Part shown: piece after piece, positions 1-13,800 of the stretch
Numbering within the stretch: the stretch's first letter is position 1
How the letters are laid out: each line of letters opens with the position of its first letter
Assembly (NCBI GenBank): GCA_951406725.2
Contig: OX597831.1
Span: forward strand, 19,468,001-19,532,000
Source of the DNA: Octopus vulgaris
Lineage: Eukaryota
Direction of reading: 5' to 3'
Length of the DNA stretch: 64,000 bases
Made by a program: the position numbers and the translations under genes
The notes under the pieces: model-generated
What the model was told of the DNA's origin: nothing
Databases searched by the model: none
Seen by the model: only the letters and a program-made list of their open reading frames with translations

Positions 1-1749
1 ATCTGCTATGCGGCCATATCGGAGCACTGTCTTAAATTGATATTATTCTCTGATGTCGAGTTTAATATTTGTTTGGTATTCGTATTTTACCGACATGCAC
101 TTATCGTTTGACGAGTTTTCCTGCTTTGGCGGATGTAAATCTATACTATAATTGATAGTGAAAATACATTTTCTGTTCGGAATACATACACACACATATG
201 CATGTATGTATACTCACACACATACACACATACACACACCCATATATACATGTTTGTATGTTTGCTTATATTTTTAGATATAGCAGGAACTATGCATTAA
301 TGTGAAAGATTACTGCATATTTGTGTAGTGCGCAAACTTAGTAGTCATTAAGAAGAATAATACTGTGTATATGCATATTTATATGTGTATGTATGTGTAT
401 ACATATACAAAGTGCGTCATATATTTATACATATATACATGCATACATACATAAATACATAAATACATATGTAAGTATACATTGTTGACCTCATACGAAT
501 TGAAAACTACGAGAGACCGCCCCTAAATCTCAAACAATACCACTTTAGGAGTTAGGTAGAAACCCAACAAATTAACTGAGATATGTTTATTCGAAAAGAT
601 TATGAAACGATGGAAGACAAAATTGACCCAAGTGCACTTTGAACACAGAATATTTTTTAAAAAACTGGAGCAAATCATTTTACCAATGTTTAAATGGTTC
701 TGCCAGTGAACAGTTTTAAATTCAAAGATATACAGTACGATTACTTCTGAGCTTATCTTCGTAACCTCGTTCACATACATTTGCCCAGAATTGTAGAATA
801 TAAGAGACCATGGTATGTAACAAAATGGCCTTATATCGAATTTATCACAGCCACACCATCTGTCTCTTTGTGTTGTTTATGTTCTCATTTCTATATATAA
901 AGAAGATTGAATAGAAAAAATATGTGGCAACATCTGTAACCTCTGCTGTGAATGAACGTTTTGATTCCAGTGCAAAGCTGCAATCTATTGTTGAAATCCG
1001 TCATTTAAGTTGGATACTCAGCTCATATGATTTAGTATCACAGAATGTATTTTTATTGCAAATTACTTTTTAAAAATATATAAAATAAGACCAAAAAAAT
1101 AATAATCCATCGCAATGTTATAACAAAGTTTGAAATAACATGTTACACGTAAACTCTCCCGATTTCCTTTCCATAAATTTGTATAGGGTATACAAATTTT
1201 ATCTCGGATATGAAACGTCGGTCATATTCTGTTAATAGTTTGTGGTTTATAATAGAAATTCATTTTGCCTCTAGAAGGAAGTGTAGCACGGAAGTGTATG
1301 AGATTAACCTGTTGCGAATTAATTCTTTTTACGTGATTTTTTTCTTTTATCGTTCTATATTTATTGATATTTTTATTCCTTGTATGTGTGTTAGAATCCC
1401 TAATATATTGGGTGAGAGTCTTTATACATCACACCTGCAATGTAGTTTTGAAATAGTGGCATGAAAGAAATAGTCTTTTTCACATTATGCGGCAGTTAAA
1501 GAATGGCATCGAACTGAACGAAATAGATTATGTTGACAGGAATACGGAATATGGAAATCGATATATCTTAGTTATGTGTGCTACGACAAGGAGGATAATA
1601 CATTCCTATCTATTTTTTATATTTTGCTTCGTTTTCGGTCATATTTTTTATTTCATCGTTTTGGTAGTTTTTCTTATCACTAATACGAGAACACACGAAG
1701 TGGTTTGTGTAAAAATATATTAATCTTTTGAAACTGGGAAAAGTCGTTG

Positions 1750-2700
1750 TTACGAGATATTAGAGACAGATATGCTCAGTTTGAGTGGCTTTGAAATCAG
1801 CTAATCATAATTTCATAAAGCTAACTCTAACAATTAGTCAATAATACATCGTAGAATGAACCGATTCTAAGTGCAATTTTTTCTTGCATGAGGCAAAATG
1901 AACGATTTCAAAGAACAATGTATTTGCGTGGAATTTTGTTTCGAAGTAGTGTAGTATTTAGGTTGAATGACTTAATTTTTCGATAGGCCAATGAAAAAGT
2001 GGAGAGATTTTTTGAACCGTACGGAGTTTCAGGAATGGCATTAGCGTTCCATATCAGAGAGGATATCTACCAAAGATGACACAATACCTGGATGATCTTT
2101 CCCAATAATTGACGACGTACACATTACGAAATACATTCTGTGATCCGTCAACATCATCGCTTCACTGTCTCTCCATGTTATTTACGGAGATACAAAAAAT
2201 ATCTGCAAAGATTTATAAATTATAATCTTAAAAGAAAACTTCTTGAAAGATGCCCCTTCTTGTCACACAATTTAAAAACTTGAAGATGCTTTATGTTGCT
2301 ACACAATTTCTACTGTTTTCTGAGAGATGATCAGAATGCGAACTGAATCACATTCGGTCAGAGAGTGTTTTGTTGTTCGAATTCTGATGAAAAAGTTCTG
2401 AAAAGTGTCGTAAAACTAGGTGTCTGGTTATAATGTTGAACCAAAAAGGAAATTATCGCAGTGCATTGTGGACTGTCACTGCACTGAGATATGATCATTA
2501 GAGTTACTCGACCGGAAAAGCAATGTCGATCATCCATCTTTATTTATAAGTTGTCGTTAATAATGAGCGCGACCAATGTGATCAGACGATTAGTAAGGAG
2601 TTTCACTAGAACATTCTGAAATGTTTGAAGAGGCATTGGTTAAACGGAACTCGGAGCCTGCACTATCACAACCTATCTGTTCACTCGTCGATCTTTATCT
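1750..2700 (-). mobile_element. Highly degraded Tc1/mariner-type transposase remnant
   Basis: The minus strand has broken traces resembling the RIW.SENP, (W)PP.SPDL..DFFLWG and terminal GGH.EH motifs, in the expected order. There is no intact ORF. Confidence 0.3.
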
Positions 2701-3105
2701 AAGGTATAGTGTTGTTGAATTATGAATAAGTGTGTAGCCGACATTCGCTTTACACTTTGGATTTTGGAAATGATAATTGTTTGTACGCCAAATTGAAATT
2801 CCTAGAATTATTTGGAATGAGAAAACTCTGATTAAATTATAAGTAGACCAATATTTTTTGTTCGGCTTCTTTTTGGGAGAAGCCTCCAATACAAACATAT
2901 ACCCATATATATTTAGTATCGCTATGACATTAATCCCGTTTGAATCTTTTAGACACTTTTGGATAAGGATTAAACAGTGCCAACCTTTAATCAGCTTTAA
3001 GTCGATGTTATCACCACCTCTGATTTAAATTAGTCCTTCGTGACTTAGTTTCATAATGCGACAATGTACGTATAGATATGAGTTCATATATATATATATA
3101 TATAT

Positions 3106-3445
3106 GTAGGTCCCGGGTTGATTCGGGGTTAACCACAGTAAATAAGGTACTAAATACATAGCAGAGTAAAATTAATTTATTATATAGAAGGAGCTTCTAC
3201 AGGACTAGAACTGTTTCATTCAAGAGAAATCATCAGGAAGCTAGTTAACAAGAATTGTTTTGGCATTTATACATTTAGGCAGGTTTAAAGGGGTGGTGGT
3301 GGGGGACTTTTTGGGGGTAGGCATAGCGCAAAATATCATACTTAGGAGAGTGGTCAAGGAGTCAGTAGTAAAGTAGATAAAAGAATAAATAAAAGAATTA
3401 AAAAAATAAATAGAAGAATAGAGTTTTAGGTAAATAAGGAGACTC
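3106..3445 (-). mobile_element. Penelope pseudo-LTR-like short element (family A) abutting (TA)n
   Basis: Contains a hammerhead motif. A near-identical copy lies at 63856-64000 and an inverted partial copy at 4482-4521. Confidence 0.65.
3192..3242 (-). ncRNA. Type I hammerhead ribozyme motif (family A)
   Basis: Reverse complement reads AGCTTC-CTGATGA-TTTCTCTTGAAT-GAAA-CAG(ttctagtc)CTG-TA-GAAGCT. Stem I is 6 bp, the core is intact, stem II is short, stem III is present and the cleavage triplet is GUA. Confidence 0.75.
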
Positions 3446-3507
3446 TCACTTATACATATACACATATGTATATATACACACACACACACACATATACATA
3501 CACACAT

Positions 3508-3555
<48 letters not shown>

Positions 3556-3671
3556 ATATACACACACGCCCACACATACATATACATACAAATATATACA
3601 TACACACACATACACATACACACATACACACACATATATACATACACACATGCACACACATGTCCATATAT

Positions 3672-3709
<38 letters not shown>

Positions 3710-4406
3710 GTGTACCTATACATACCTACACATACACACATACACATACAAACCCATTCCCTTATTTTAATTTTATTATTATTTTCATTTATTACTTTTG
3801 TTATCTTTGACCGCGGTCACAAGCATCTTGTCTATCGTCCCCCTGGGGACGACAGCAAGTCCACTTATCTTTCTACTCGAACACAAGCACTCACTCACGC
3901 ACGCACACTCATTCGCACGCACACACACTCATTCGTACACTCATACACATACACGCACGCACGCGTTATATTCATACATACATACATCTACATACATTCA
4001 CATATATACACATACGTACGCGTACCTACAGATTCATGTCTACACGCTTACACATACATACCTCAATACACCCACAGAAGACAAGATCTCAGAACACTCC
4101 CCAAATTGCATGCATAAGACTTACGCAAACTACAAGAACTATAGACCTACCCGGCAACCAGATTGACGACACCCCCCCCACAACCCCAACCCCCCAATCC
4201 CACCGTTCCCCCAGCACCCCCGATTACCTTTTCTCCTAAGACCTTTCACATATTGTATGTGTACGCTTGTATATGTGTATCGCATATATGTATAGAAATG
4301 TATGGGTATAGTAGGAATATACGCATGTATTATGTGTGTGTGTGTGTGTATGTATGTATATATATATGTATGTGTGTGTGTGTGTGTGTCTGTGTGTGCA
4401 TATATG

Positions 4407-4483
<77 letters not shown>

Positions 4484-4512
4484 TCTAGTCCTGTATAAGC
4501 TCCTTCTATATA

Positions 4513-4571
<59 letters not shown>

Positions 4572-4836
4572 AGGATAAGATCGTTAATTTAAATTAAATA
4601 ACGATCATATCAAATGGCCTGCATGGAAATAAAACCTTTAATAAGATCGTTAATTTAGATTAACGATCTTCTCCTTATTACATATAAATTTTAAATTTAT
4701 TTCGTCATTGTATTTACTGCGGCGATGTTTTAACCATATCGCACGAGGAGTTACGAAGCGAACAATTTAAACTGGTCGTGTTGCATACGTGCATATATAT
4801 GTATGTATACATTCGTATATGTAAGTATTCTTATGG

Positions 4837-4878
<42 letters not shown>

Positions 4879-4922
4879 GTGTGTGTGTGTGTGTGTGTGT
4901 ATTTATGTTGCGTTCTGCGTAT

Positions 4923-4981
4923 ATTCCACTGATGAGACAAAGCATTTCTTAATGAAAAGCCAGAAATCCAGGATCTGGAAT
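4923..4981 (+). ncRNA. Type I hammerhead ribozyme motif (family B), somewhat degenerate
   Basis: ATTCCA-CTGATGA-(imperfect stem II containing GCATTTC..GAAAAGC)-GAAA-TCCAGGA-TC-TGGAAT. Stem III is quasi-palindromic. Confidence 0.55.
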
Positions 4982-5142
4982 TATCCAGTAATTATTTGCT
5001 AGTTCTATTTTGTCTTCTCGCCTTGTGCTGTATGAATATCTAATGTGATTTTGGAGTCAGATTTTGGCTGCTATTTTCAGCATGGCAGTATCTCGTAGAT
5101 AGCCTAAATTATAATTTTAAATATATATATATATATATATAT

Positions 5143-5404
5143 ATAACATAAGGGACTAAAGCCATCTGAATATGGCTAGGGACAGGGCAGGGTGGTGGGG
5201 GTGTTACTGTTGCATTTAGCCCCAGGCGAACATCGACGTCACCAGAAAGGCTCGACACCGTCACGGTGTCCTTAAGGACACCGTGACGGTGTCGAGCCTT
5301 TCTGGTGACGTCGATGTTCGCCTGGGGCTAAATGCAACAGTAACACCCCCACCACCCTGCCCTGTCCCTAGCCATATTCAGATGGCTTTAGTCCCTTATG
5401 TTAT
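5143..5404. repeat. 262-bp perfect palindrome with no spacer
   Basis: Arms 5143-5273 and 5274-5404 read as exact reverse complements centred on CCTTAAGG. The palindrome is flanked by (TA)n. Confidence 0.9.
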
Positions 5405-5446
5405 CGAGCAGTTACTGTCTATATCTCTTTTAGAGAATTATTATTG

Positions 5447-5481
<35 letters not shown>

Positions 5482-5619
5482 CATTTAAAATAGATAGATA
5501 GATAGCCTAATTTATAATTATATATATATACTGTTGTTTGTAAGAGGCCCATTCACAAGTTGCCTATGTGCCTGGAACTGTGTTACGATATGAAGGAATC
5601 GCCGACTGATGTTTTCATA

Positions 5620-6520
5620 TAATCACATCGTTCAACAATGTTTTTAATACAACCATTGCGTCTTTAATCAAAGTTTCAAGAAGCAATGTCTTTGTTCTAT
5701 ATTTTGTTATAATCCCCTCGTTAATTTGTGTTTTGTCTGGCTGCACCGATTATCTATAATCTCTTATAACTAAGTTGTTTATCATTATCTTCATAAAACC
5801 CACATCATTGATCTGTGTTTTGGTAAACACACGGAGTTGATCCACACTTTCATATCACCACGCCGTTGATAGATATTTTTATATAAGCTAATTGTTGCTC
5901 TATATTTGGCAATGACTAACTCGTCGATCTATATTTAGTTATCATCATTGATCAATGTTCTCATACAACTAAGTCACTGATCTATGTCTGTCTACACAAT
6001 GGCATCGTTGATCTGCTTTGGTTAAACCACGTTACTAATCTCTGTTTTAATATAGTTACGCCATTCATCTCTGTTTAGAATTGCCACGTTGTTGATCTAC
6101 GCTTTGATCTATCTATATTGTACATCCATGTTTTGTCTTAATATAAGCATGTATGTGTTTTGATATGATCTCACTATTGATCTCTTTTAGTATGACCATG
6201 TTGAATTAGGATCAACATAGAGCAATTGTGTGGTTTTGAGAAAACATAGAGTAACGATGTGTATTTTCTGAAAACATTGTTCGACGACCTTGTTATTTGA
6301 AAGTATAAATGATCGGCAGAGCTATGTAAAAGCACGGATCAACGTCGTGCCTATAACAAAATAATTCTCCATCGTTTATCTATAATTTTCTTATAACTAG
6401 GTTTTTGAATTTTGCAGTAGCCATATTAGCAAGAGTCATTAGAGCCACACCGTTGATCATTGATTTTATATAACAACATCATTCTTGTTTGTTTTAATAT
6501 AGCCACGTAGTTCTGAGGGA
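5620..6520. repeat. Ancient diverged ~28-30-nt minisatellite with an internal inversion
   Basis: Recurring unit like ccacatcgttgatctatgttttgatata. Units at about 6210-6350 are in the opposite orientation. Confidence 0.55.
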
Positions 6521-7779
6521 AATGTAACGTTCCGTTGAATAGCAAATTGTCCAAGTGTTGAGAACAATTTATTTTTATTGAATAAATTCAGAAACCCTAC
6601 AGTAAATTTGAACATTTACAAATCAAAATCATATATAAATGAAGAAATAGATTCTCTATTTTGGTTAAATATAGATATCATCGAGCAATCGATTGATCCG
6701 TCAAAAGTATCACTGAATTGTCTTCCAAACCATTCTGTAATATATCAAAAACGAAACCGAAATGTTAACTAATATAGTTTTAGATATATTATGTTTGAAT
6801 AGCAGACGATAGTTAAAGTTCAAACAACTTTGACCATTGCTCTGTTCGATTATGGCTTACGACTATTTGTAAGGCGATAAGATATGTAAGTTGAGGGAGA
6901 TTTAGCTGATGCTTCTAGCGACCTGTTAAACTACGTGGAGATACCTTCGATGAGGTCACACCAATGGATGTTGTGTATTTGTCAGATAGGTTACGGTTAA
7001 CACAGGCTTAGTTTACTTTATATCTAGACTCAAGAAAGAATGGAAAGGACACGGCACTTGAGACACGTCTGTGAACTATAATCTAAGTGTTTTAGAAATA
7101 TCAAATCAATGATTTATTCATCTTCTTTGGCCGGTCAAAAATGGACAGATCGATAGAGTCTGTGTACATGAAACTCAAATAAATTGCTTCCTGATATCTC
7201 AATATTACAGTTCTTAAGTAGCACTAAAAATAATTGTAATAACTCAGAGTAGTAAATGCGACTACCCCTGAGACAATGGTGATGACAAGCAGAAATGGAT
7301 CCAGTCTGTTACTCAGACTTTGATATATATTTCTTCTAATGACAATTAAAACTTGACTTGATGAACTGTCAATGTACAAATTTGTATGTCTCGGACAGGT
7401 GTATTATTTGGCTAGAAATAGCAGCACACAATTATCCCACACTGACTTCTTATAAAGTGAAGGCCATACTGAATGCTGTTGTCACAGAGATATCTTATAT
7501 TTGAAAACAGGAGGAGACAGTAACAGTTTGAATGCTTTAGTTCTATTTGAGCAGATCTTGACGGAGGTTACACATCGAGAACAATATAGTAATTTCGTTT
7601 TAATTTGCTAAGTCTAGAAAAGGGAGGATTTGCAAGCCCTCCAAAACCAGTGATATTGGTGTCAATAATGTTTATTTTATATCGATATAAACCAACAGCT
7701 GAGGGGAAGATATATGTTGAGTACGAATCATAAGTGCTACCATTTTGAAAAGAAATGAATGGAGATATTAATTAATTCG

Positions 7780-8225
7780 AGAGGGAGACAAGGTCGAGGA
7801 GAAGAAGAGCAATGCGTTGGAACAGAAATTTCTGACTGAAGGTGGTATGAGACCAGTTGGCTCCGAGGAGTAGGGGTCATTATATTGGTCGTTCGGAAAG
7901 GTATACAGAAGATGTCAGGAGCTCGTGTGATAAAGGCTGAAGCAGGTCTATGAGTACATTTCTGCTAATCAGTGAGGTGGCCATTCTCTGGAAATAGTTT
8001 GAGTCTGCAGCAGCAATACCACCCCAGGTGTGAGAGTAATACTTCATCGAAAGCTGCAATTCTGATTTGGAGATGATTAATAATTGCTGGAAGATGAAGG
8101 TTCTTCTGAATTTAGAAAGATGTGTCAGTCTTAGGATATTATCCTAGCTATGTTAAGGATGTGCTTTTGATAAGAACGATGCTCAGTAATAGTATGTCCC
8201 ATACGTTCTTAAGAGTTAACGGCCA
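7780..8225 (-). mobile_element. Degraded 3' fragment of a CR1/L2/Jockey-group LINE ORF2
   Basis: Minus-strand translation KHILNIARII..FRRTFIFQQLLIISKSELQLSMKYYSHTWGG..FQRMATSLI..LQPLSH resembles the LY...IRP.LEY.S.VW / QRRA..LI / L..LS.RR region that follows the RT domain. Confidence 0.55.
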
Positions 8226-8645
8226 TACATGTACCACACATCTCTCCATTCCACCAAGTTTATTTCTAATACCTCCATCAATGTTTTGATATCTTCCTCT
8301 CGATTCAGAGCTTTCTTATCTTTAAAATCACCGAAATCCGTTCCTACCTTGAAATTTCTTCTGCATCCCCCACCTACACCCAACCAACGGTGCCATCATG
8401 TATTCCCAGTTCCTCTGCTGACAGCGATCCTGAAAACTGAAATATCACTATCAGTTTGAGACATAAGCTCAATACATATCTGTCCTATGTACCCGATGCA
8501 GTTATCTTCCCACCTTCATTGAAACCGCCTTCTATCTTCACCGTGCAGTCAATTGCATATCTACCCTACATCTTAGCTTACTGTTCCCAATGCACCAATT
8601 ATTATACGCATGACCTTTACTGTTCGCATTATTATTACTACTATT

Positions 8646-8860
8646 AAGTCGGCGAGCTGGGAGAATCGTTAGCACGCTGGACGGAATGCTTCGCGTTTTC
8701 TCGTCCGTCTTTACGTTCTGAGTCCACATTCCGCTGAGTTTGACTTTGTCTTTCATCCTTTCAGGATCGATTAAGTACCAGTGACACATTGGGGTCGATG
8801 TAATAGACTAGTCCCAACCTCCAAAATTTCAGTCCTTATACCTTTAGCAGAAAGGATTAT
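8646..8860 (+). mobile_element. tRNA-derived octopus SINE (Meta-domain type)
   Basis: ggcgagctgg.agaatcgttagcacg head and gactttg.ctttcatccttt..ggtcgat.aagtacc core. It matches about ten other copies in the window. Confidence 0.8.
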
Positions 8861-8906
8861 CATCATCATCATCATCATCATTATTATTATTATTATTATC
8901 ATTATT

Positions 8907-10810
8907 CAGTAGTTTTATTTTTATAGCGTGCTTTCACTTCACTACCGAGCGCAGCTCTGTGTGCCTTAGGGATGTGCTGTGATTTGTTGTGATACTCTGA
9001 TGGTTATTGTATGGAAAGTGTTCTGCGTAGGATGTGTGCAGTGCCTATTAGTGCAATTTTCTGTATGTTATATGTGTTTGTAAGTCCTGGTGTTTTTGTA
9101 ATGTATTTGTCTGAATTTTTTTTATCATGCCTAATGCACCTACTATGATAGGAACTGTTTCTGTTTTCAGATTCCACATTCTAGTTACCTCTATTTCCAG
9201 GTCTTTGTATTTTGAGAGTTTCTCCATTTCTTTTAGAGACACGTTGTCATCAGCCGGTATTGATACATCAATTAGAAAGCATTTTTTTTCTTCATGATCT
9301 CTGACAACTATATCTGGTCTATTGGCCTTAATTTCTCTATCTGTGTGTATCGGCATATCCCAGAGTATGGTTGCTTTCTCGTTTTCTGTGACCTTTTCTG
9401 GTGTGTGCCTATACCATCTTTTTTCTGTTGTTATTCCATAATGTTGGCATAGCTTCCAATGTATGTAGGTTCCAACTCTGTCATGTCTGTGAATATATTC
9501 CTTCTTAGCCAGGACTGGGCAGCTAGAGATAATATGATTTATTGTTTCTTGTCCATCTCCACATATTCTGCAGTTACTTGTAATATTTCTTTTCATTACA
9601 TGTTTTTGGTAATTTCTGGTGGGGAGGCTTTGGTCTTGTGCTGCAATTAAAAATCCCTCTGTTTCTGCTTTGAGTCCTGAGCTTCTCAACCATTGTTGGG
9701 ATTTTTCTTTGTCTATTTCTCTTGCGTTTAGTTTAGTCCAGTATTTACCAAGAAGGGGCTTTTCTTGCCATCGTTTATCATGGTTCGTTGCTGTTCTATT
9801 TTTAGTTTGGATTTCATTTGCTTTATAGCTTTTGTTGTTTCTTCATCTTCTTCATGTTTATTAGGTGGTATGATTTCTTGTTTGTATTTGTCAGCTTCCT
9901 TAAATACTGAGAACAGTTTTTTGTTTTGCTCGTGTTTTGCCGCTATTTGTATCAGTTTTCCTTCTTTCTGAAGTAGATATTTTTGCAGTCCTATGGTGGT
10001 TATTTTATAGTAGTTTCCCAGCTGTATAAGGCCTCTACCACCTTCTATACGTTGTATATATAGTCTTTCTATGTCAGATTTTGGGTGATGCATCCTAGAT
10101 CCTGTCATTATTTTTCTTGTTTTCCTATCTATTTTGGACAGTTCATTTCCTGTCCAGTTAAGGATATTGTAGCTGTAACTTATAACTGGGACAGCTAAAG
10201 TGTTGATACCTATTATCTTGTTTTTAGCATTGAGCTCTGTGTTTAGTATTGATCTAACTCGTCTATAATATTCTTTTTTTATTTTCTCTTTCATTTGTGT
10301 GTGTTGTGTCTTATCTAGTTCATGAATTCCTAAATATTTGTAAGTTTGGCTTTGGTCTAATTCTTTTATTTCATTGGTTTTATCTAGTGTGATGTTGTTA
10401 CTCTTAACTAGTTTTTCTCTTTTCATGGTTACTTTGGCGCATTTTTCTAATCCAAATTTCATATCTATTTCTTTGGTAAATCCATGAACTGTCTTTAATA
10501 GTGTTTCCAGCTGTTTGTCATTTGCAGCGTATAGCTTTAGGTCATCCATATATAAAAGGTGGCTGATCGTCTTGCCGTATCCAGTTCTATTTAGCATATC
10601 AGACAGAGGTGACAGTGCCAAGCAGAAAAGGAGTGGAGAGAGCGTGTCTCCCAGGAATATTCCTCTTCTAATGGGGATGTCTTTGGTTTTCATGAGTCAA
10701 TGGCTAGTGTTTCGAGGATCCATGTGTAGTCAATCCAGGCCATACTGAGGCCTTTCTTCTTTCTGTGGCTGTCTTCAGTTATGGCTTTATTAATCATTAG
10801 TTGATCTTTA
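8907..10810 (-). mobile_element. 5'-truncated R4/Dong-clade non-LTR retrotransposon (copy A), with RT and restriction-like endonuclease
   Basis: ORFs 9728-10693 and 9048-9689 contain IFLGDTLSPLLF, YMDD, YKYLG, CCHC (CRIC-x7-H-x4-C), RHD, RPDIVV..D and K..KY. Both ends lie in (TAA)n. Confidence 0.9.

Positions 10811-10811
<1 letters not shown>

Positions 10812-10893
<82 letters not shown>
10812..10893. repeat. (TAA)n microsatellite separating two R4/Dong copies
   Basis: Pure ATT repeat of about 80 bp. Confidence 0.95.
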
Positions 10894-10894
<1 letters not shown>

Positions 10895-13800
10895 TATGTT
10901 TAACCTTTGCTTTATGTCTGTACAAGTTGGCTCCAAGTCTCACCCAGAGACCTTAAGAGACAACAGGTTGGAAGTTCACGTTGTTGTTATGCCTAGTGTG
11001 CCATATAATCGGGGCTTTTTTGGTGCTGTACTAATGAATGTCTAATAAATAAAATTTTTTTTTTTAATGTTTGTTTTAACCTTGGGATTACATAGAGAGT
11101 ATTTTGCGTAGGATATGAGCAGTTCCCATGAGCACTATCTTTTGAATTTCTGCCATTTTGGGGTTTCCTGGGATCTGAGTTAGGTAGCAATCAGTCCCTT
11201 TCGCTATCATTCCCAGGGCACGTATGACAACAGGTATTGTTTTAGTCTTCAGCTTCCACATTTTGCTGATTTCTATTTCAAGATCTTTATATTTGCTCAG
11301 TTTTTGGTAGGTCTTGACAGATACGTTTATATCGATTGGGACAGTCATATCAATGAGGAGGCATGTTCTTTGTCTGAAGTCTTTCAATATGATGTCTGGC
11401 CTATTTGCATCTATCTTTCTGTCAGTTTGAATGGTGAAGTTCCAGAGGAGTGAGATGTGGCCATTTTCAAGCACTGGAGGTGGATTGTGTTTCCACCAGT
11501 TTTTTTCATGGGGCAAATCCAGGTTTTTGCAAATTACCCAGTGAATATATTGTGCAGCTCTATCATGCCTGTTGAGGTACTCTGTAGGCGCTAGAAGACT
11601 GCATTTAGAGACAACATGATCAATGGTCTCATTTTGTTGTCGGCATACACGACATGTTGGGCTACTGCCGTTCTTTAATATGTTGGCCTGGTAGTTTCTT
11701 GTTGGTAGGCATTGATCTTGAGCTGCTATGATAAACCCTTCTGTTTCAGATTTTAAGCCAGAGGCCATTAGCCATTGGTGGGTCAGGGCTTTGTCAATAT
11801 CTGCATTATTCGCTCTCTGTGGGTATTTGTCATAGAGAGGTTTTTCTTGCCATTTATTATTCAGAATATCTAAGGCGGCAGTTTTGGCACGGGTTTTCAT
11901 GCGCCTAGCTTTTTCTGTGCTTGTTTCTTGTATGTCTATCTCTAATACCAAGATTTGTTGTATTCGGAATTCACTTAGATATTCCTTTGCCTGTTTTGTG
12001 ACTGAGTATGATGCTTTCTTGTTTTCATGTTTTGAGACAAGTTTTAACATACAGTCCTCAGAGTTTTTCAGGTAGGTGTCTTGGCCAATTGTAGCAATCT
12101 TCATTGTTATTGCCAGTTGCAAAAGACCACGGCCTCCCTCTTTTCTTGGCAGATAAAGTCGTTCTGTATCTGCCTTAGGGTGGTGCATTCTATGCATTGT
12201 CAACAGTTTTCTTATTTTTCTGTCGAGCTGACATATTTCAATAATTGACCAATTAACGATATTGAAACTGTAAGTCACGACTGGTATGGCTAATGCATTG
12301 ATCGCGCGATCCTGTTTCTTGCATTCAGCTCTGTCTTGAGTATTGCTCTCACTCTTCGATAACATTCTCTCCTGATCCTTTCCTTCATCTCTGAATGCCT
12401 TATTCCGTTCCCTTCATTTACCCCTAGGTACTTGTAGCTCTCCGCTGGGTCTAGTTCTTTTATGACATTCTGCTGGTCAAGGTTAACGTTAGATGTTTCT
12501 GTCATTTTTCCTTTGATAAAGGTAGCTTTTGCACATTTATCGAGGCCGAAGTCTATTCTGATGTCGTCACTGAATTGTTTGACTATCGCTAGTAAGCCCT
12601 TGAGTTGTTGGTCATTTTTTGCAAAAGCTTTAAATCATCCATGTAAATGAGATGATTTATATTTTTATCAAACATTTTATACCCGTACTGCGCGTCATTG
12701 GGCAGTTTTGAGAGAGGTATTGAGGCTAAACAAAAGAGGAGTGGTGACAGTGAGTCACCCTGGAAAATGCCACACGAAATTTTTACATCATCAGCATTTA
12801 AGGATTCATTGTCACTGTTCAGATTTTGTGTGGTTCTCCATGATCTTATACTTACAGTCAAAAAGTTTCGCAGTGTAGGTGCTATCTTATACATTTCCAG
12901 GCATTTCCTAATCCAGCTATGTGGTAGGCTATCAAAAGCCTTTTTATAGTCTATCCAGGCTATTGATAAGTTTTTGTGTCGTTTGTGACAATCTTCTAAG
13001 ATCATCTTATTGATGAGTAGTTGATCTTTACAGCCGTAGGATCCACGTTTACATCCTTTCTGTTCATTAGGGAATATGCTGCTGTCTGTTAAAAAGCTAT
13101 AAGTATATTCCGTCAGGACAGATGTTAGCTTTTTATACATAGTTGTTAAGCAGGTTATGGGTCTATAGTTTTTTGGTTCATTTGTTTCTTCACATTTTGG
13201 AAGCAGGATTGTTAACCCATTAAGTAGCCAAGGAGGCATCCTACTAGGGTGCTGCAAAACATCATTGTACAGTTCTGTTAGCAGTTCATGGCTCTCTGGG
13301 AAGGCATTCAGCCAGAAGTTAGGAATTTTATCCTTTCCTAGAGACTTCCATTTGCTTGACCTCCTGAGAGCAGATCTTATATCTTCTACCTTGACACCCT
13401 CCCACTTTTGCTCTTCTAAGGGGTCCAGTTCTGTAGATATTCTGTCAATCCAGGGGGCCTTTTCGTTGTGTGTTTTTTCTTCTGCCCAAATTTTATTCCA
13501 AAATCCCTGCACTTCTTCCTTTGATGGTACAGATCTTCCAGTAAAAATTCTTGGGGTTATTTTTGAACATGTTGTTGTCCTTGAAAAATCTAACACGCTT
13601 TTCATACCTCGCTATGCGGGCAGCTTTTGCAGATACCTTTTGTTTGATGTTTTCTATGGTGGCATCAATATGAAGTATAGTTTTCATATTGTATTTTCTC
13701 AGTAATTTTGGTGTTTTTGTAGGTTTGGTAAACTTGTTAAGGTTTTTCAAATATTCAATGTCAGATCTAAATACTTTAATTTGTTGTTGCAAACGCTCTT

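Noticed and set aside
3241-4592. Many ORFs rich in YI/CV/HT dipeptides (also at 23321, 31651, 36049, 38187, 43944, 54811, 63623)
   Set aside because: They are translations of (TA)n, (CA)n and (GATA)n microsatellites and show no sign of being coding.
5620-6520. CRISPR-like regularly spaced repeats
   Set aside because: Units are degenerate along their whole length with no unique spacers, the context is eukaryotic, and there are no cas genes.
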